Shown here piece after piece: positions 59,665 to 64,000 of a DNA stretch of 64,000 nucleotides (positions within the stretch are counted from its first letter, which is position 1; every line of letters begins with the position of its first letter). Location: contig JBAZTA010000003.1 in assembly GCA_041662125.1 (NCBI GenBank), positions 331,330-395,329 of the forward strand, in the 5' to 3' direction. The notes beneath the pieces are model-generated. The model did no database searches, was not told the DNA's origin, and was given only the letters and a program-made list of their open reading frames with translations. This DNA comes from Candidatus Omnitrophota bacterium (lineage in GTDB: Bacteria; Omnitrophota; Gorgyraeia; Gygaellales; Profunditerraquicolaceae). The position numbers and the translations under genes are program-made.

Positions 59665-60395
59665 GCAAATATGAATTCGACCTCTTTACGCCTTATTTCC
59701 ATATACCTGATAATACGTATTTGACCGTCAAAACCACGGCAACACATAGCTCGGTAGATCCGTTCTGCGCGGTCTAAGGTCCGCAGCAATAAATTGCTTA
59801 CCAACGCTACAAAAACTTTAAAACTCATCATGCGGGTATGAAACGTTCGCAGCGACCGGGCCCTGACCATTCGCTCGGCTTCATCAGTCAAAATAAAAAC
59901 ATACCTATAAAAAAACAAAAGCTGGACCACAAAAGGCTTTGGCACGCCGAATTTAATCAATGAATTACAAACAGCGTTAAATCCCGTAGTAGCAATTAAG
60001 ATCAGCGCAGCTGCAACGGTCAGTAAAAAACGAACTACTATTGATAAGTATGAAACCCATCCGCCTGAAATCCCCCTTGTGCCGATCTGAAAAAGTATTT
60101 CCCTGTCAATAAAGGGATTAAAAATACCCACTAATAAGGCAAACGGAGAAACTACTAATATTTTTTTCAATAAATATCCGGCAGGCAGCCTGCCGATCGA
60201 GATCAAAACAACAGGATAAATAAAAAACGGCATCAACGCGGAAAGCGCATACTTATCGAATGAAACCACAGTAACGATAAACAGTAAAGTAGTGATTACT
60301 TTAGCTCTGGGATCCAGGCGATGCAAAAAGCTATCTCCGGTAGAGAGAGTATCCATATACCCTATATCAAATGAATTTTTATTGATATTATTCAT
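59583..60395 (-). CDS. cbiQ: ECF transporter transmembrane (T) component CbiQ/NikQ
   Basis: LHRLDPRAK motif; 5-6 TM helices. Confidence 0.8.
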   Translation of the reverse strand: MNNINKNSFDIGYMDTLSTGDSFLHRLDPRAKVITTLLFIVTVVSFDKYALSALMPFFIYPVVLISIGRLPAGYLLKKILVVSPFALLVGIFNPFIDREILFQIGTRGISGGWVSYLSIVVRFLLTVAAALILIATTGFNAVCNSLIKFGVPKPFVVQLLFFYRYVFILTDEAERMVRARSLRTFHTRMMSFKVFVALVSNLLLRTLDRAERIYRAMCCRGFDGQIRIIRYMEIRRKEVEFIFAWAFLFVFFRYFNMPLTLGKLIAGVLK

Positions 60396-60396
60396 A

Positions 60397-61347
60397 TTAC
60401 ACCGCGCTTTTACGGCGTTTAAGCCCCAGCCCGATCAAAACAACTATCAAAAGAGTCAAAATACCCCCTATTAATCCAGAGACCGATGTCCCCGGATCAA
60501 CTGCCGGCCAAGATGTTTTTGCGGCAATATCTTCTTTACCAGAGGCTTTAAAGATTGCCCATTCCAATCCATCCGGATTGCTGGATGCAAACCAACTTAA
60601 TACGCCTGCCGCAATCGCGGCGGCTGCCAAAAAACCAAGAAGAACTTTTTTCATCCCGACTTTTCCGATCACAACAGAACGCTCTGCAGCGTTTACTATT
60701 TCCGGCCGCGCCTTCCAAACAAACGTAACCACCGCCGCAGTAACTAAGCCTTCCACAATACCGATAGCCAAATGGATCGGCTGCATTAAAAGTACAAACG
60801 TACGAAACGGCAATTCCGATATTCCTGAAAACATTGTCTCCAGGACAACGCTAAAAGCACCCAGTTGCAAAGCGATAATTGCCCCCAGAAGAGAACCAAA
60901 CAGGATTTTTCCTTGGGTGAGATGTTCTTTAAGGATCTTGCGATAAATCAATGGATACGCAACAAAACAGGGAAAAAACCCGAGGTTAAAAATGTTACAC
61001 CCCAAAGCCAAAAGCCCGCCGTCAGCGAAGAAAAGCGCCTGTACGATCAATACCGATGCCATAACGAGAAAAGCGGCACAGGGCCCAAGAAGAACAGCCA
61101 AAATCATGCCTCCCCCCAGATGCCCGCTTGAACCGGTAGCCGGTATGCTGAAATTGATCATCTGCGAAGCAAAAATAAATGCGCCTAATACGCCCATAAG
61201 CGGAACCTTACGGTCATCCACTTCCTCTTTTACTTTTTTAGCGCTATAAGCGATTAATCCTGCTGTAGCTGCCCACATGCAGCCACCGACAACAGGAGAA
61301 ACTAAAGCATCTGCCATATGCATAGGAACCTCTTTCTTAACAACCAA
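60397..61347 (-). CDS. cbiM: CbiM/NikM substrate-capture component fused to a C-terminal PDGLE (CbiN/NikN-like) domain
   Basis: N-terminal MHMADA... resembles the conserved Met-His N-terminus of CbiM/NikM. The C-terminal extension contains a ...NPDGLEW... PDGLE motif and an extra TM. Confidence 0.7.
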   Translation of the reverse strand: MVVKKEVPMHMADALVSPVVGGCMWAATAGLIAYSAKKVKEEVDDRKVPLMGVLGAFIFASQMINFSIPATGSSGHLGGGMILAVLLGPCAAFLVMASVLIVQALFFADGGLLALGCNIFNLGFFPCFVAYPLIYRKILKEHLTQGKILFGSLLGAIIALQLGAFSVVLETMFSGISELPFRTFVLLMQPIHLAIGIVEGLVTAAVVTFVWKARPEIVNAAERSVVIGKVGMKKVLLGFLAAAAIAAGVLSWFASSNPDGLEWAIFKASGKEDIAAKTSWPAVDPGTSVSGLIGGILTLLIVVLIGLGLKRRKSAV

Positions 61348-61363
61348 TAAGTATACCTGTTAC

Positions 61364-63895
61364 TTAATAGATCAACTGCCGGCTGTACAAAGAAACGATC
61401 ATATCTTTCAAATAATTTTCATCTCTTTTTTCTTTACCAACCTCTTGACGCAGCGAAGTAATTATATCAGATATAACGTGCGTTCCATCAGCTAAACGCA
61501 AAACTTCCATCTCATCACTGCTCAAGACTCCCGAGAATACAAAAGGATTTCCTCTGGAGACACTATCAGGATAATAACAGGAAGTAAAACTATTGACGCT
61601 GCCTGATTTTGCTTCATACATCCGGCGTATACCGCATTTGAGCTGTAAATAATTTAAATAAAAGTTTACCGCTCGAATATCGCAAATATCACTCAAGGCC
61701 GGAGAAAGCTTGTTTTTCTCAACACATAAATATTCCAACACTTCTTTTTGAGGGATATATCCTTCAACGATCACATCAGTTAAAAGATCACTCAATCCGT
61801 CGGTTTTCATGATGGTACGCCAAAGCCTCTGCGCTGATGCAGCCAGGCTCTCGCTTAACCTGTCAGGATTAACAAGATACTGCCGTAATGGCAATGCTAA
61901 TCTTCGTGGCAGGCTTTTATAATTTATACCGCTTATAACCTGTTGGAAAAAACCTTTACCGAGCATTTTAAGGTTTTGACTTGCTGACAAAGGCTCGACA
62001 ACTGTCTCTATCAATGATAATGGAATAACCTGAACCAAAGGGTTTTTGACAGGCAAAAGCGCAGAGAAATCATTATCCTTGACCGCCTCTATCTTTTCAT
62101 GATTTTTAAGAAGGATCTCATAAAACAGCAGTTTACCGGCAGACTGCTCAAACAATGTATAAGCCTGCTTTCGCAAAGATACATCCACCAATTCCGCAGC
62201 AGCATTAAACGCGTTTTCATACGCAGATGCCTTTCTTTGCGGCAGAAGAGGCGGCCTGCGCTTTAACAACATTGATTTAATGATCTGCAGCCAAATAATC
62301 TGAATTTTGCCTGCGGGAAGGTATGATTCAGAACCATAGGTAAAACCCAAAAGGCTCATACGTTCATCAGCAATAGTATGCCGATACGGCATTGACTGCA
62401 ATGAAGGTTGCGCGTAAATATGATAAACGATATCATGGCACTCTTTAAGGAATACGGTGAATTGCTTAAAATAAGGGAACAACTTTACCAAACTTAGGTA
62501 AACTTGTGGATATTGAGAGCGAAGCATCGACTCATAATCAAAAAAAGAACCATAATAATCTATTTCTTCTATTCTCATACTGCTTAAGCAATGGCTCAAG
62601 AAATTCCCTCGCGGAGAGCTCGCCTTTAAAAGCTTGCGGCAATAACCATTTAAGTCGCCGACATCATGTTTGAGTTGGCCGGCATGATCTCGCTGTAACG
62701 CAGAACAAGGAGTTGTAGCTAAAGGAAAAAAGTTTACCACCAGCCTGCCTTCCTGAATATATGCAAAAAACCTTTCAGTTAAAGAACATATCATCTCACG
62801 CGTAGCCAGATTATATTTATCTTCATAGGGATGAAAATAACTAAAAAACAAATAGACCTTTGCTTGCTTAAAACGTGATAACATCTTCTCAATAAACGAA
62901 GCAAGTTTCTTATTCGAAAATGCATACCCTTTGACTTTCTTGCGTATCGTATCACTGCCTACTTCAGGGCTTATTTCTATAGTGACCGGAAAATCATATT
63001 TACCCGCTGTAGCGGCAAGCGCGCGGGAAATATTTTCATAATCAGGAACTCCTCTGACATCGATACTGAGGAACTTAAGGCTGGAAAGATCAAACCCTTT
63101 TAAACATCTGCTGATAAAAGCACATTTTCCGTCATAATCGTTTAATAAATAAAGCCCTTGCCCCCGCGCTATAACAGCTGCGACAGCACTTCTCATACTT
63201 GACACTTCTCTCCTGAGCACGCGCTTTCGGTTTCCCCATTTTGGCAGAGCGCTGATAGTACCCCCGCAATATATACAATCCTGCTCACAACCGCGGCCAA
63301 TACTTAACACAGATCCTGTTGCATGGAAAAGCGCGCCATTACTTATCACTTTCTTTTCTAACGCCGTGATTGATCGATCGGAAATAGTATATATATTGGC
63401 GCTTTTTAAGAATTTCCCGTCTTTTTTATACACCAGGTTAGGGACAGAATAATAATCATGGCTGCCTAAAGAGACCTGTTTAAATAAATGGGCCATCGGC
63501 AGCTCGCCATCACCTTTAACAACAAAATCTATAAAAGGTATTTTAATTAACTCGTCGGCAAAATAAGAAGCAGTCATGCCTCCGAAAACAAAAGGGATTT
63601 TTTTACCCTTTGGCGACGTTTTAATAAGTTCAGCAATTTTTAATGAAACCGCGATTTGCGGGTGCCAATGCAAAGAAAAACCTATCAGTTTTAAATGGCG
63701 CAGCCTCTCAATACAAGATAATTTCTCAAGGAGATCCTCAGGATGAATCGTCATAATACCGGTTTTAACATGAGCTTCTTTTAAAGAATAATACATTGTA
63801 GATAAGCCCATGCTCATTAAAGGCACTCCCGCATTAATCAAAAGGCATTCGGTATCAAGCGGGATAGGCATCATACTTTCATTCTCTCCTTTCAC
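61364..63895 (-). CDS. B12-binding radical SAM protein (class B-like) with a roughly 450-aa uncharacterised C-terminal extension. The likely start is the internal MMPIP, after a GGAGAG SD.
   Basis: N-terminal cobalamin-binding Rossmann-like region, CEQDCIYC (CxxxCxxC) radical SAM motif; 843 aa. Confidence 0.75.
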   Translation of the reverse strand: MKGENESMMPIPLDTECLLINAGVPLMSMGLSTMYYSLKEAHVKTGIMTIHPEDLLEKLSCIERLRHLKLIGFSLHWHPQIAVSLKIAELIKTSPKGKKIPFVFGGMTASYFADELIKIPFIDFVVKGDGELPMAHLFKQVSLGSHDYYSVPNLVYKKDGKFLKSANIYTISDRSITALEKKVISNGALFHATGSVLSIGRGCEQDCIYCGGTISALPKWGNRKRVLRREVSSMRSAVAAVIARGQGLYLLNDYDGKCAFISRCLKGFDLSSLKFLSIDVRGVPDYENISRALAATAGKYDFPVTIEISPEVGSDTIRKKVKGYAFSNKKLASFIEKMLSRFKQAKVYLFFSYFHPYEDKYNLATREMICSLTERFFAYIQEGRLVVNFFPLATTPCSALQRDHAGQLKHDVGDLNGYCRKLLKASSPRGNFLSHCLSSMRIEEIDYYGSFFDYESMLRSQYPQVYLSLVKLFPYFKQFTVFLKECHDIVYHIYAQPSLQSMPYRHTIADERMSLLGFTYGSESYLPAGKIQIIWLQIIKSMLLKRRPPLLPQRKASAYENAFNAAAELVDVSLRKQAYTLFEQSAGKLLFYEILLKNHEKIEAVKDNDFSALLPVKNPLVQVIPLSLIETVVEPLSASQNLKMLGKGFFQQVISGINYKSLPRRLALPLRQYLVNPDRLSESLAASAQRLWRTIMKTDGLSDLLTDVIVEGYIPQKEVLEYLCVEKNKLSPALSDICDIRAVNFYLNYLQLKCGIRRMYEAKSGSVNSFTSCYYPDSVSRGNPFVFSGVLSSDEMEVLRLADGTHVISDIITSLRQEVGKEKRDENYLKDMIVSLYSRQLIY

Positions 63896-64000
63896 AATCC
63901 CCTATTCAAATTCAATGAACTCCCATTCACAACTATGAGATAAACAAGAAAAAACCGCTTTCCCCGCTTTATAAATAGTTATTACCTTGCTTATATGTAA

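Noticed and set aside
1565-64000. All other plus-strand ORFs in the track (e.g. 2139..2948, 25658..26692, 39593..40549, 35959..36492)
   Set aside because: Each lies antisense inside a strongly supported conserved minus-strand gene (ugd, lptD, clpB, dnaK and others). They show Ser/Pro/Arg-rich low-complexity translation and lack RBS context.
63896-64000. Possible cobalamin riboswitch fragment upstream of the B12-binding radical SAM gene (AAGCGGGGAAAGCGGTT resembles the GGGAA..GGTG core)
   Set aside because: Only a partial, weak match. The B12-box (GCCACTG) is not visible and the element would extend beyond the window edge, so it cannot be supported from this sequence alone.
1-64000. Scan for tRNA, rRNA, tmRNA, CRISPR arrays, transposases, integrases, restriction-modification or toxin-antitoxin genes
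   Set aside because: No T-arm (GTTCGA) or cloverleaf candidates were seen in intergenic regions. No direct-repeat arrays with regular spacers and no protein with recognisable transposase, integrase, restriction-modification or toxin-antitoxin motifs were seen. The only repeat families found are the hairpin pair, the 90-bp direct repeats and the 19-bp inverted repeat described above.

Overview
This 64-kb window appears to come from an uncultivated diderm (Gram-negative-type) bacterium. It encodes the LPS-assembly protein LptD, a PilQ secretin and an OprB-like porin. Every convincing gene (about 70) is on the minus strand, and all plus-strand ORFs in the track look spurious. The taxonomic call is an inference from gene content and no GC value was computed.

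Content in coordinate order:
- UDP-xylose branch of nucleotide-sugar synthesis (UDP-glucuronate decarboxylase, Ugd).
- Housekeeping genes: tyrS, rpsA, plsC, a PGM/PMM-family mutase, rpe, and the rplU-obg-proB-proA-nadD block. L27 (rpmA) is absent from that block.
- RNase G/E plus a short DUF2344 protein.
- A complete type IV pilus operon (pilA, a pilin-like paralog, PilV/PilW-like minor pilins, a large PilX-N-domain protein, pilMNOPQ).
- lptD, transaldolase, a ROK kinase.
- An operon of an orphan MalK-type ABC ATPase with two diguanylate cyclases.
- accD, DUF1015, FmdB, a VanZ-like protein.
- The hrcA-grpE-dnaK-dnaJ operon with a CIRCE element, and clpB with a perfect CIRCE plus an HspR-like MerR gene.
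- hflX-miaA, a SPOR/TPR protein, a TRAM-less MiaB-like enzyme.
- An AT-rich SEC-C-motif gene next to a 19-bp inverted-repeat element.
- A module flanked by roughly 90-bp direct repeats: NikR, an OprB-like porin, two tandem paralogous small membrane proteins and an unannotated zinc-ribbon gene.
- A methyltransferase, a CDF transporter, an SGNH hydrolase, a CPA antiporter.
- An apparent long operon: B12-binding radical SAM protein, CbiMN(PDGLE)-CbiQ-CbiO ECF Ni/Co transporter, DUF485-ActP.

No rRNA, tRNA, CRISPR array, transposase or integrase was recognised.

All calls rest on motif and family recognition by eye; no database search was run. Non-CDS coordinates are hand-derived from the sequence lines and may be off by 1-2 nt.
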